From Epiperipatus broadwayi (taxonomy: Eukaryota; Animalia; Onychophora), in NCBI GenBank assembly GCA_028023455.1, contig JAQFVV010000003.1:2604001-2668000 (forward strand): a stretch of 64,000 nucleotides of DNA. Direction: 5' to 3'. Below the pieces are notes generated by a model that was given only the letters and a program-made list of their open reading frames with translations, searched no databases and was not told the DNA's origin. Within the stretch, counting starts at the first letter, position 1; each line of letters opens with the position of its first letter. This document shows, one piece after another, positions 25,362-38,640 of this stretch. The position numbers were made by a program, and so were the translations under genes.

Positions 25362-26744
25362 CAATAATCTTGTACACAAGTCACTTGTGTTGCTACCTAG
25401 TATTATAAAGTATAAATTACAAGCAGATAAATTATATATTTAGTTTGTGATATTTGTTAATAAAGAGGTATGTCTAGCATTAAGAATGGTATATAGATAT
25501 AATTCCCTGTTTGTAGACCTAAGCTTCTGATGACAACATTTTAGTTAAGTACCTATGACAGCAGATCACTTTTAATTGAAGGAAATTGTACAAATTGGTC
25601 AATGTTGGATTTTGTGAATTTATAAATGGATTTGTGCTTTACTACAAAGGAAGACAATACTTAGAAGCTTAAGTGGAGAGAGATACATTATAAATAAAAA
25701 ATAAAAAAAGATAATTGTCAGACTATTTGAATATCAGACAGAATGGCATGATTATTATTAAAATCAATGGAAAATTCTAAATACAGATACTTCAGATTTA
25801 AGTATCAATAAATTCTTATTGTGATGGGGTAGAAAACTTTTACACTGATGTACAATATGCTTTTGATCAGATCGAACAATATTTTTAAATCATCATGGTA
25901 GACTTTAATGCTAGCATTTGCAAACAATTGAAAGACAAAAGTGTTATGGGTAAATTTGATTGTAGTGATAGAAACAAAAAAAAGAACACATCTTTGATGA
26001 ATTTTCAAAAAAAAAAACAGAATATTATAAATTCTTTCTTTGAATAAGTGTTAAATGAAAATGGATGTGGAAGCATTTAAATGAAGTTCAATAGAATTGT
26101 ATTATATTTTGATTAACAGAAAATATGTATTTTAAGATTATAATGTTTTAATAGATTCAGCGCAGGAATTGAAATATAAAATAAGTGTTAATGCAAAACT
26201 AGAGAAATTAAAACTATTAAAAAACATTATTAATAGTGGATATTTCTAATCATCAAAAACATTCCACTGAATTTAAAGTAGACCTTCTAAATCATATAAA
26301 AATATTAACTAACTTTGAAGATGTTTGGATTTGACTGAGATCAATAAAACACTAACTTATATTTCATTAAATACTATAAGAAAGGTAGTTAGATAAGACA
26401 AAAAAATTATCAGTAAATTGTCTTCTGAAACAAGTCCAATGTATGAAGAAAAAAAAGAAATATAAAAAAAAAATTAACGATCATAATTGAATATTTAAAG
26501 TTTGTAAAATACTATGCAAAAAATATATATAATTGTGAATTGGAAAAAATGTAAGCAACATCTTGGTATTGGAAGGAAAGTTATTTCTGCGATAGAATAA
26601 AAGATGGAATTATTATTCAAAAAAAAAATGATATAAAATGTTGTGGAAGAGGTCTATAAAAAATTATATAGTAATAAAAAATAAAATAAAAAGTATCTCA
26701 TACAGCTATTATATCTTTCTTAATTAGCCATCATTTTAAATAAG

Positions 26745-27080
26745 AAGGCATGCAATCAAATCTATGAGGAAAAAAAAGCTTCAAGAAATAATGGAATCAT
26801 TAGTGATGGAATTATTATTGACATGTTTAAAAAAGTTTAAATCAAAATGATGTATCAGATGATTGAAAAAATATGGTAGTAATGTGATATTTAAGAAAGG
26901 TGATAAAAAAGATATTAAAAATTACAGACCTATCAGTTTCCTATCAATTCTATACAAAATGTTTATCAAGATAATTACAGTTTCTCTATAGAAAATTTGG
27001 GATTCCAATCAATCAAAATAGCAAGTTGGATTTAAAATTGGTTTTAACAATGTGAATCACAAACAAATATTGAAGCAGGC
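26745..27080 (+). mobile_element. Decayed RTE-type LINE RT N-terminal fragment
   Basis: Translates to AIKSMRKKKASRNNGI...[29 protein letters not shown]...QVGFK. Decayed sequence probably extends upstream to ~25.6 kb. Confidence 0.75.
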
Positions 27081-28740
27081 AATCTTAGCTTAAGATTGTG
27101 CTTCATGGTTCCATCTACTAACCTGTATTCAAACCTTATATCCCATCCTGCTTCTTTTGTCATATATATATATATTATGTATATATTTGAGATGCGCGCC
27201 TAAGTTATAAAATTTTAATGTTTCAATAACATTTTTTTAAAATTATTATTAATTCTTTCTTATTAATTATTAGTTCTTTTTTTCATTAAAGTACATAGGC
27301 GTGGCTCAAATATATATATTTATATATAGGAGCAAAATACTAACAAAGTGTTGATTTTTTAAAATATTTTATTATATGTCATTTCTACAACTTTTAATTT
27401 TAAAATACTTTTTTTCCTATTAAACTATATTTTATAAAATCCAATATAGAATATGTACTGTTAATTGCCCAAAAATAATTAAAGGGTTGGAAACACTATT
27501 GGTTTAATCTGGGGAAGGTATTTTTAATTAAAGTTTTTACTTAAAATGAAATGGGGATTAAGATTAAAGATTTCCTTTTGTTATAAACATATTTCTCAAA
27601 TCTATTTCTAATCTGAAAATAGATTTGAATTTATTTTTGGACATTATCTAACAGTTGCATCTTTCAAAAACAATGAACTAAGTAATTAAAAGCATTCCAG
27701 AAATACCTGGGCAAAGTATAAAATGGCTGGTTTTTAAATCACCAATAGATTAGCTACTATTGAAAGAACTACAGTGAACATAACCTATGCTGGTGTGAAA
27801 GTTAAAAAAATAATGATGTAGTAGTAAGTCCACCACCCTTCTCAGCCCTGTTGGGTCATCATCTGCTGCTGCCCTTATATCATGCTCCCTAGAATGAAGT
27901 AAAGACCTGATAGAGAATCATAGAATGCTGAATAAAAGCTTGCTGTTATTTAATAATCAATTCCCATGCATGAGCAGACTTTTAAATATGAACTCTTAAA
28001 ATGGTGCAAGGTAAATTTTCAAGCTGCAAGTAAAGCTAGTCTAACTAATCTCAATCTCTATTATCAAGACTTCTCCTAATGTATTATTTAACTTTATTTC
28101 TAATATAATATGTAAATTGCTCTTAAATTATTTCTATAAATTTAATCTCTCTCATATGCTCTAACTTTTTTTAACCTTGGTGTGGTCATTTATTTATTAC
28201 TTGATTTTATATGTGTGCTTTTATTATTAATATGCCAACCTCAAGCAAACTGGTGAGCTTAATTTATAATGATCTTTTCTGTCTTTTTTTAAAGTAAATC
28301 TTCATGAAGCAAGGTTATTAATGTCCCTATTTAAAACATAATGCATTATTAATTAATACATTTGCCAAATTGTTTTTCTTTTTTGAATCAACATTTTAGA
28401 TTCATTTTTAGTATAACAATTTGTTATTTGTTTAATTCTGGATTTTCTACCCAGGGTGAATCCAGAACTCAAGTTAATTAACGCTTTGAAACCTTATTTA
28501 TTTTATAAACATTATTCAATTCTGAAAAGGTGACCGATTGTTTTCTAAATAACTGCTGGTTTTTTTTATTTACTGTTAAAATATCAAATACAGTACTTAT
28601 ATATTCCAGTTATTGTAAAATCAATGAAGGTGGGATTTATTTATTTTAAATAACAGAAAAGAGAAGGGGGGTAAATCTTAATGTTTTTTTTATTAAATAA
28701 AACCTTCATGTATATTTTATTAAATGAAATATATATATAT

Positions 28741-30653
28741 TTATAATTGAAATAATATTTTTAAACGGTTTATAAACAATTCAAACAATCTTTAAATCCG
28801 CAAAAGTACTTTCGGTTACTTTCAAACCTGCCTCAACTGCTATTAAATTCAAAAACTAAAAGCGGAAGCAAACGTCATCAATTCAAATTCCACGAATCTC
28901 GTATTTTAATGTTAGAAGCTTGTCGATTTATCAAATGTGTTTTATTCCTGTTTATAAAAATTGCCTTTTTAATTTTTCTTTTACTATGGTTTCTCTCTTC
29001 ATGAAGAATTTTCACATTTTCAAAATTAAATTTAAATATGTTTACTGTTTTTTCATGATCAAAGAAAGAAGAAGATATTAAATCACCATTATTTTTATTT
29101 TTTACACCTTATATAACAATTCGTGTTCCTTCAATCTTTTCTCAATGTTGCACCTAGATTCACCTATATATGATAGCATACAATCACAAAAAATTTGATA
29201 TATGACATTACTTTTTTGCTTGATAGGTATGACATCCTTAGAATTATTAACTAATTTGTTAATATTTTTGATATCATAATATGAAAATGATTAATTACAG
29301 ATGAAAATGATATTATTGCTTCATTGGATGTTACAGAAATGTATGGATCTATTGATAGAATGAATTCCATAAAAATAATTGAACATGCATTAAAAAATAA
29401 AAATATTTGTAAATATATGATAAAATTTATCATTGAATGATAACATTGTTGCATCTTTTGAAGGTCAATATTATAAAATGACCAAAGGTTGGCCTATGGG
29501 ATTGCTCTGTAGTTGCACAAGTTTGCAATTTCGTTTTATCTACATATGAGAGTAATATTTTAAATATGTGTATTTTTGGAGATATTAAAATTTACAAAAG
29601 ATATGTGGATGATGTTTTTGTCTGTGGAAACATTAATAGTATAAATTTGCTTATAGAGGAATTAAATAAATTGAATGGCTTGAAATGGACTATTGAAAAA
29701 GAACAGGATTATAAGATTAACTATTTAGATTTAATGATCACAAGAGATAACAGTATATTAAATTATAAACTAATAATTAAGCCATTGCAAAAAAGAGGAT
29801 ATATAAATTTTAAATCAAAAGTACCAATGATGCATAAGATGGCAAGTTTTAAATCTTTTTGTTTCAAATGAAAAATTATGTCGTTACTCAAAGTGATAAA
29901 TTGAAAAATATTGAGATATTTGCCAAGGAATTGCTTGATGTTGGTTATAAAATGGAACAAATAAACAATACTTTAAGTCAATTTAAAAAAAATTATAATT
30001 TAAAAGAAATGAAGATTAATAATAAAAAATGGATATCTATTCCATTTATTTCAAATCCACAAGTAAAATTTTTAAGGATTTATATAAGAATGTATTTAAT
30101 GTTTCATTCTACTGCTCCAAACAATATTAACAAATTAGTTAATAATTCTAAGGATGTCATACCTATCAAGCAAAAAGTAATGTCATATATCAAATTTTTT
30201 GTGATTGTATGCTATCATATATAGGTGAATTTAGGTGCAACATTGAGAAAAGATTGAAGGAACACAAATTGTTATATAAGCGTGTAAAAAATAAAAATAA
30301 TGGTGATTTAATATCTTCTTCAGTTTTCTTTGATCATGAAAAAACATGTAAACATAAATTTAAATTTAATTTTGAAAATGTGAAAATTCTTCATGAAGAG
30401 AGAAACCATAGTAAAAGAAAAATTAAAGAGGCAATTTTTATAAACAGGAATAAAACACATTTGATAAATCGACAAGCTTCTACATTAAAATACGAGATTC
30501 GTGGAATTTGAATTGATGACGTTTGCTTCCGCTTTTAGTTTTTGAATTTAATAGCAGTTGAGGCAGGTTTGAAAGTAACCGAAAGTACTTCTGCGGATTT
30601 AAAGATTGTTTGAATTGTTTATAAACCGTTTAAAAATATTATTTCAATTATAA
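28741..30653 (+). mobile_element. 5'-truncated Penelope-like element (RT plus GIY-YIG) with an inverted pLTR at its 5' side
   Basis: IASLDVTEMYGSI, GWPMG, KRYVDDVF, NYLDL. GIY-YIG VIYQIFCDC/MLSYIGEFRCNIEKRLKEHK...RKIKEAIFI. 28741-29266 is a near-identical reverse complement of 30123-30653. Confidence 0.93.
30554..30594 (+). ncRNA. Variant minimal hammerhead in the PLE 3' repeat
   Basis: GCAG UUGAGGCA GGUU-UGAAAGU-AACC GAAA GUAC UU / CUGC. Perfect helices I and II, palindromic AGUACU helix III, non-canonical 5' core. A mirror copy at 28800-28840 (minus) has one helix I mismatch. Confidence 0.65.
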
Positions 30654-30718
30654 TTACAATATTATTTTTAATTAACGGATATTTTTATTTATTTTATATA
30701 TATATATATATATTTTAT

Positions 30719-30756
<38 letters not shown>

Positions 30757-32024
30757 CAGCATAGCATATTATTTATATAAATTATGGCATTCAAACTAGG
30801 GTCATTCATTTTAAAGCAGTAAATCTTCTTATTCAATGTCATTAGTGACATTTACTCATACTGTGTTACTGACATTCAGGCTTATCTTCATGTTTATATA
30901 TATTACGTGCTTCTAGTCTTCTAATCTGGGGGTTGTGACAAGTTCAAACCCATAGATTTCTTCTCAAGCATTGTCCAGAGGATAGTTAATCTTCCCAGGA
31001 CCATTTATGTCACTATCAGTGATCCCTAAGTCTGGCACATGCTACACCTATCAACTTCACCTTTCATCCAAAAGCATGACTTTTCCTGTTATTTTTAGGC
31101 TATTTATGTCAGCACTGAAAACTTCTTTATATTATTATTTCTTTTGCTTCATGACCCAGTTTTAATGCTCTGATATTAAAATTGCACTCTGTGAAAATAT
31201 ATATATAAATGCCAACTATTACTAGTTTTATTAATTGAATTTATTTCAATCTTATATAATCCCACCAGTGTAACTTATTTCTGTGTTTAAGAGTATCTAC
31301 ATGCCTTGGGGAAATATAAAGCTTTCTTCTTACCAGTGCTAATTAACAGAATTTTCATTAAGTATTTTGGCATATAATCAAATGTGTTTTCAAATGTATT
31401 TTATTTATTTTCACAACTGTAATGGTATGAAAATAGTTTGTATTATATTTGTAATAAATCTCGGAATGCTCCCCAAAATAATGTTAGTCACCATGTTTCA
31501 GAACCATAATCCAAAGCATTAACAGCAATTTTATGTGAATTCTTTCTAATAATCGATTGGCATCTTAATATTGGACCCCCCAAAGATGTGTGTTTATGTA
31601 TAGTATATATTATTTAATTAATAAAAGAGCATATGAGAAATAATAGTGTAAATGACAATATATAATTATTTATTGTTTGGTAGACCATTTTCTCATTCAT
31701 GCACATACTAATGTACTTAATTTATAAACTAATTTTTATTATCCAACTTGTCTGAGTAGTTCGAATTCCTCTTTTCTCCACTTCCAAAAGCACAGCCATG
31801 CTTATATATTTTTTAGTTTAGTCATAGTAATAGATGTCTCATTGTCTTCTCATGCTTTGCTAGTGGGAGGGATTAAAATTAATTCTCATGTGCCATCACT
31901 TTTATGTTATTTATTAGGTGTTAGATCTGGGGCTTAGAGAGTGGGTTCGAATTCAGGCTGGTTTTTGATCTAAATCTCAGGCTTGACTGGGTTTGAAGTA
32001 CATTTTGTGAGTTCCAGCTCATGT

Positions 32025-32480
32025 TAGATGGATAAACATGTTTTGACTGGTATAATATTGAGAGAAGTTATAGAAAAGACCAATAAATATAAATCACCAT
32101 TATGCTTTGGATTTATAAATTATGAAAATACATTTGATCTTATGAGTATTTCTACAATAATTAAAGCATTGAATCATCAAGATGTAGACCCAGGATATTG
32201 TCATATTCTGAAGAATATTTATCAAAATGCAAAACAATGATTAGATTATAAGGTGATACTAAGATTAACATTGAATAGGATATACAACAAAATGATTTCA
32301 TATCTCCAAAACTTTTTACAGCAGTTTTCCAAGAAGTAGCATATAGATTAAAGTGGGAGACTAACAGAGTTTTAAGTTGTGCAGATTTTGCAGAAGATGT
32401 AATTGTTTTGGCTAATAATACTTCAGAGCTTCAGGAAATGTTGCAAAAGCTATCAGATGAAAGTAAGAACGTATAACTAA
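32025..32480 (+). mobile_element. Decayed RTE-type LINE RT fragment
   Basis: ILREVIEKTNKYKSPLCFGFINYENTFD, then Q.D.ISPKLFTAV and RFAEDV (compare QGD.ISPKLF, RFADD). Confidence 0.75.
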
Positions 32481-35400
32481 AAATAAATGCTAAAAGGACT
32501 AAAATAATGCTTGAATGGATTTTCTCAGAAGAAGACAATAAAAATTGATAATCATAAAAATTAATCCTAAAATTAACCTTGACTGGAATTCTTTTGGCAC
32601 AAAAAATTTAATATTAAAAGCAAGTATGCTGTGTGTTTGCAAAGGAAGATTTTTAATAGATATGTTTTGCTAGTTTTTACGTATTGATCAGAAACTTAAT
32701 AGAAGAGTACACTTCAGACAATATAGCAAAGTATAGAATGATGAGTTTATATACAAGTTCTATTTAACTCACAGTCTTTTTCCAAACAGGGAGAGGAATC
32801 AGTCTTTATAATTATTACATATATTAAATGCATTTAATTAATAATTTAATTGAATTGGAGTACAGCAAAAATGATAACGAAGATGAGATAAATTTTATTA
32901 TAGTTGACAATAATTAACATAAAGCAAGACAGGTTATACTTAATTATTGATTAGAATATAGATAATTTGATGCTATCAGGAATTACACAATTGGAAAGTT
33001 AATTAAATATAATTCAGTGCCAGTGACTTCATTCAAATGAATCTAGTAACCTTCGTGCTTTGTGAATAGTTGATGTGTATGGCAATTTGATGTCCAATTC
33101 TTTTATCATGGTTTGCCAAATGACAGAGGTTATGGAAATAACTAGAGATATATATTAACTACTAGAGCATTAATATTGCTGATATTTAAGCTAAGTAAAT
33201 TAAAGTTCAAGCAAAAACCATTAAGAGCCAAAAAGTGATGTAAATCATGATCTATTACACCAGAGATTCTCATGGTTTTGGGTAAAATCAAAATATGTAT
33301 ACAATATAAGGGGAATGGATTAAATTAACATGACATAGGATTTGCTATAAGCAAATTACTAAACTTTATTAGGGATTTGGTGATCCAGATGAGAAGTTAT
33401 TTACTCATGTAAGATGTGTGATTTGTTTGAAACAGAGGATCTTGCTAATGAATTAATTAATTTGAAACATAGGAAGTTCAGAGATAAATAGACTACTCAA
33501 AAGTCCTGGTTCCATACCCCAATTGCATATTTGGTGCTTATATCTGACCATTTGGTCTCTGGATGTGAACTGTATCCACTATTATGAGAGCAGCCTATAA
33601 ACTGTTTCGGTCTTTGCCATTTGCTCATTAGGTTTAGCAAGATAGGAATGTATCTATACATATATCATAAATCCACATCCACAATGCACAAAGACAATAT
33701 AACATTTATGCTAGAAATAATTGTCTTTGCCTTAAAATAGTTAGTGAATCCTTGTGCTGTTAACATAAGCCCATTCATAAATCACGCATTTAAAGTTAAT
33801 GCAATAATAAAGAGATTGAATTAATAAACTAATAATCCCATCTAATAAATAATTAATTCACATCATCAATCTGAATTTAATAGTGGGAAGTATATTTTAA
33901 GAGGTTAGAAATAATTACAAAGTACAAAATACATCTTCATAACGTATATCTACTGCTAGAATTCCTTTATTAGGTAAAATAAGCTTTAGAAATCATATTT
34001 ATAGTATTGGCAAACTATAATAATTATTTATTAAATACTAAATTTCAAGCCAATTTGGATCATTGTAAGGATTGTAAGGTGACCACATATTATTACTATT
34101 TAATCTAATTTCAAAACAGTGAATATCCTGGCACAAACTTATTATATTTAATATGCTCACTGTCTCATTTGGCATATTATCACATACCTAAGAAAGTAAA
34201 ATCTTAATAACTAAAACTTATACAACAGCATAGGCATCATTGCAAGCATGAAAGCAAAGATAGGTTACAATTAATAGTATGATCATTAATTTTGTATTTT
34301 AGTTTACATAATATAAAATATTTTACAGATATTAAAATTGCCGAAAGACAAGCATCAATTGGCAACTCTACAATTTAACTAGGGTGAAAGGTTTTGTAGA
34401 TTAAAATTTACTTTGAATATTTGGTTAGATTATATAATAGCTATAGTTTTAGATTTAAAAGTTAAAGTTTATTCCAGAGCTCTTTGTGATGGCATTAGAA
34501 ATTTTACATTTTATTAGGAATCTTACATTTGACTCATTGGTGGAAGCAGGTATGTTGGTATGATCATTTCTTGGTGGTGGGTAAAGCAGCAATAATTATT
34601 CTTAAGATGGGAAGCGCATCTCTCCTGGTGGGAATATCAGTGCAACAGGTTTGTTATAGGAATGTCTTCCATTATTATAGTAGCTGGATGTCTTCAGCAT
34701 ATAGGATGGAGATGGAGATAACCATTCTCCAGGTTTAAAAAACAGCAACCCCCACTTCTCCTACTCATACATTTTAAAAGTGAAATTGGCATGGATTTTG
34801 TTGGCAAACACAAAATTTGGCAGTTTTTTTTTTTCACACAGAAAAAGATAGCCTATATCCTCACCTTCCATTACATTATACATTTTAATAACAAATTTTC
34901 CCTAGCAAAACAAGCCATTAGCATATTAAGTTTTATAATTTTAAGAACCAAAATAACTCCTGTCTTTTTTGTACAGTTCCTTAGCAAGATGTTTTCAAGA
35001 ATTTTACATTTTATTTTCATATTAACTTTTTAGTAATTTATAAAGTTGGTTAAAAATTTATCTTAGTGATAAAATATATTTTGACAAATATCTATTGTTT
35101 TAATAACTTTTAACATTAATTAACACACCATCACAACTTCAATTTGAATCACATGATTTTATTTTATATATTATTCTAGAAATAAGTTTTAGAAAGTATT
35201 AAAAATAACCAAATAATAAGATGCACTACATATATTTATTACATTGATACATACATCACACATATATACCTGTAATTTTAACAAATTGAGTTATAAAATG
35301 AATTATAAATTATACATAAATTTTATAAAACTGTCATGGTAATCTATACATGCCAGTTAGATTACTGATATCAATGTATGCATATATATATATATATGTG

Positions 35401-36264
35401 ATCATATCTACACACTCATATAAACATGTCTTGGGCACTTTTAGAGTTTGAACCTGGCAAATAGTAGGTTATAGGTATAACACAGGTGAACTAGAGATGG
35501 CAAGGCAATTATTCTGTTACAGTATATATATATTATAGCTGTTCTATATGTTATTTTTGTTATTTATTATAATTTATATTGCTATGTGTCATCATTTATT
35601 CAAAATTAATACAGAGTTTAGTTTTTTGAAGTATTTCCTTCATCTTTTTTATATATTTTTTTTCATTCACAATTTACTTCCAAATAATGAGATATGTATA
35701 TCTATATCTGTCAATCAAATATTCTTATCAAAAGACAATAAGGACTCAAACACACTAAGCATGTGCTGGTTTATTTTTATATGCATCTACAAGAAAAATC
35801 TCATGGTGCAGTGGTTATTACATTAATCTGCCATGCTATGACTTGGAATTTGAATTTAGGTTTTCCAGAGTTTAAATAGTTTTAGAAATTTTTTTCCACA
35901 TAGTTAGTGAGCTGGAATTTGAATTTAAGTCAAATATTTTTTATAATTTTTTCCAGATAGTTGGTGAGCTCAGTGATAAAACAGGAATTGAAAACTAATA
36001 GCACTTTCATTATCCAGAAGGTTGAAAACTAGTTTTGAAAGGTTGTGGAAAAAGCTTTTGCTCTCTAGTGGGCTATTTAAATGACGTTTTATCTTTTTGT
36101 CTATATTCATATACATTGGAAGCATTTTCTTATAGCTAATCTTAAAATCTGACTAAAAAATAAGATGTCATTACTGTATATTGCATGAGAATGGTTTTTA
36201 CTTCTAAGAGATTTACACTTTTAAAATTAATTGACAATCTTTTTGATTCTATTACAAAAAATAG

Positions 36265-36377
36265 TTTTTGATGTTCCATAAGGCACATATATCTATCCTT
36301 TTCTTTTTGTTATGCCTTATGGAACATATTTTTTGATGTTCCATAAGGCACATATATCTATCCTTTTCTTTTTGTTA
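36265..36377. repeat. Direct duplication separated by an inverted segment
   Basis: 48-bp unit at 36265-36312 and 36330-36377. The spacer 36313-36327 (tgccttatggaacat) is the reverse complement of 36271-36285. Confidence 0.9.
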
Positions 36378-36814
36378 CTAACAATAACATGAAAATCAAG
36401 TAGAGTTGGAGTTGGAGCCATTTTAATACTCTCTATCAATATAGTTGCTGCATAGGATTAGGCATTTTCACAGCATTAAAACATTTTGGATATTTTTCAT
36501 CTTTTTCTCTCTCTCTCTCTCTCTCTCTCATTAAAAATGTCTTTCTGTTGGTCTTTAAATAAAAAACAGCATTTTTTATTTATTTACTACACTATCAATT
36601 GTTTATGGGATAATATGATGCTCTGAGCACCAAAGAAATAGGCTAATCACAATAGCTTTATTTTTACTTGCTCAAAATGTTGTGTTTGTTTTTAAATTTC
36701 CATAACTAAAAAGTGGTCTAACAACCTCCACTTTTTGACTCTACTACTAGGCTAAATTAACAAGTATAGCTTCTGGGTTTGCAACTTATGCATTCCAGCT
36801 TTGATGTCCAATAA

Positions 36815-37078
36815 TTACATGATCGCCATTGTTTACCACTTACATAAGGTATTAAAACAGTAGCAATTTTTTTTCACACAGCAGTGCTACCTTGGGCAAG
36901 CTCCAGCAATTAATAGATGCTAAAAGTTTATGCATTTTAATTGCATCCAGTGCTTTCCCATCCATAAGCTAAAAATTTGTCAAGAGATGTTGGATAAAAA
37001 GGCATTGCATAGAGATTAAAATGCACAACTATCTAGCACTTATTGATTATTAGAGCTTATACTAGATGGCACTATTAA
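36815..37078. repeat. Older family-B-related head-to-head pair
   Basis: 36815-36964 aligns by eye to the family B minus strand. 36965-37078 aligns to its plus strand, starting in the HHR 3' half (aagctaaaaatttgtc). Confidence 0.65.
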
Positions 37079-37869
37079 GTGAATGTCCAATAATTCCATG
37101 CTTGGTTCTAGGTTAGATAATAAACTGAGTATAAAAGGACTTCTCTATGATCTGCATGGTGCATAGTCATTTATTGAAGGCTATTTCATTAGTTATTCAC
37201 TTTTGGATTAAATGATAGAATTTAAAATTTATGAAAACTTTATGATAGCTTGAAAAAAATAATGAGAAGGAAATATAGAATAGGATTTGATTTGTGATTA
37301 ACAGGTTCAACCACATCCCAATATAAAAGATAATTATTTTATTGACCAAGAGTAGATTTTAAAACTTTATTGTTTTGCTGTTATTTGTCAAAGACTACCA
37401 TCCAGCATCTGAGACCCATTAATACTGTCAGAATTACTTTTATATTTTAAGCAAAAAGTTAAATAAAAATCTTATTAATTAACTATTTACAGTTCTCAAT
37501 TTTAATGATGCAGAAATGAGATATTTGAATCCAAATTGAACAGTAAGACTTAAAACAAAACAAAAAAAAAAAAAGCTTTCATCTAATAAGAACTTGCAAT
37601 AGTTTATCAGTATAGTATATCAAGACATTCAAACCAGACATTCCCAAGATGAAGATACAACATGTCATTACTGGTGCTCAAATATCATATAGACAATTGC
37701 ACAATTAATTATTCGATTATTATTTCATTATTTTATAAAATAAATAAAATTCAGTGAACACTAAGTTTTCAGAAATGTATACTTCCCAAAATGTGAGTTA
37801 TGGCACAGGGTTCAGCAATCTGCCTTGAATATTTTAGCATCGTGAAAAGAGTCAAGAGCTAAATACTCA

Positions 37870-38640
37870 GTAGAAATTCTCTTCATATGATAGTGGCACC
37901 TACTGCAAGCCATAATAATCAATAGATGCTAGAAGATTTATGTATTAAAATCCCTATATACTTCCTACTCATCTAATAATCCCTAGATTGACTTCTAGCT
38001 CATGGCTTTTATTAGTGAGGAGCCTTGGATTTCAGAGCACTGTGCCTAGATATTTGCTTCAAAATAAAAATACAATAATGATTTTCAATCCAAGCTTATT
38101 TGCTTGTATAGTCATACAGATCTGAACCCAATTCAGCAATCTATACATTTTGGTGTATTTGATTTTTAATAACATACCATTATTCTTTGACCAGGATTGC
38201 TATTAAACCACTAAGGCATCACATGACCACCATTTCTTATGCTTACTCAATTTGGAAAAATAGTAGCAACTCACTCCATACAATAGTGCCACCTAATGCA
38301 AGCCATAGTAATCAATGGATGCTAGAAGATTTGTGCAAAAAACCCTATCTAGTGCCTACTCATCTAATATCCCTAGATTAATTTCTAGCTTGTGGCTTTT
38401 ATCAGTGAGGAGTCTTGGACTGAGAGCATTGCATCTAGATCTTTTGAGTCTAATGAAATTTTCCAGCAACCACTTTTACCTTTTTAATTAACTATAAAAT
38501 ATTTTAGTATTCATTGATTACTATGGCTTGCACTAAATGCCACTATTGTATGAAGAGTTGTTACTGTTTTACCAGATTGTGTAGCATAAGAATTGGTGGT
38601 CATGTGATGCTTAAGTGAACTAAATACTCCTGAGTTGATG
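37870..38640 (-). repeat. Family B further locus: two tandem partial units (minus) plus an inverted partial copy (38510-38640, plus)
   Basis: HHR-like motifs at 37980-38021 and 38370-38411 (UCCUCA CUGAUAA A AGC-CACAA-GCU A GAAA UUAA UC UAGGGA). Clear homology to 12500-13380. Confidence 0.88.

Noticed and set aside
25527-25553. CUGAUGA-CAAC..GUU-AAGUAC
   Set aside because: GAAA is missing and there is no helix I partner.
33570-33650. Minus-strand CUAAUGAG...CCGAAAC
   Set aside because: Helices I and II cannot be formed consistently.
35803-35860. tRNA/SINE-like boxes (also ~18085-18160, 18310-18390, 30930-30955)
   Set aside because: Too degenerate and single-copy within the window to support a call. 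No intact tRNA gene was seen.
37061-37074. ACTAGATGGCACTA CTCF-like match
   Set aside because: Aligns to family B sequence (actgagtggcact), so it probably arose by repeat drift.
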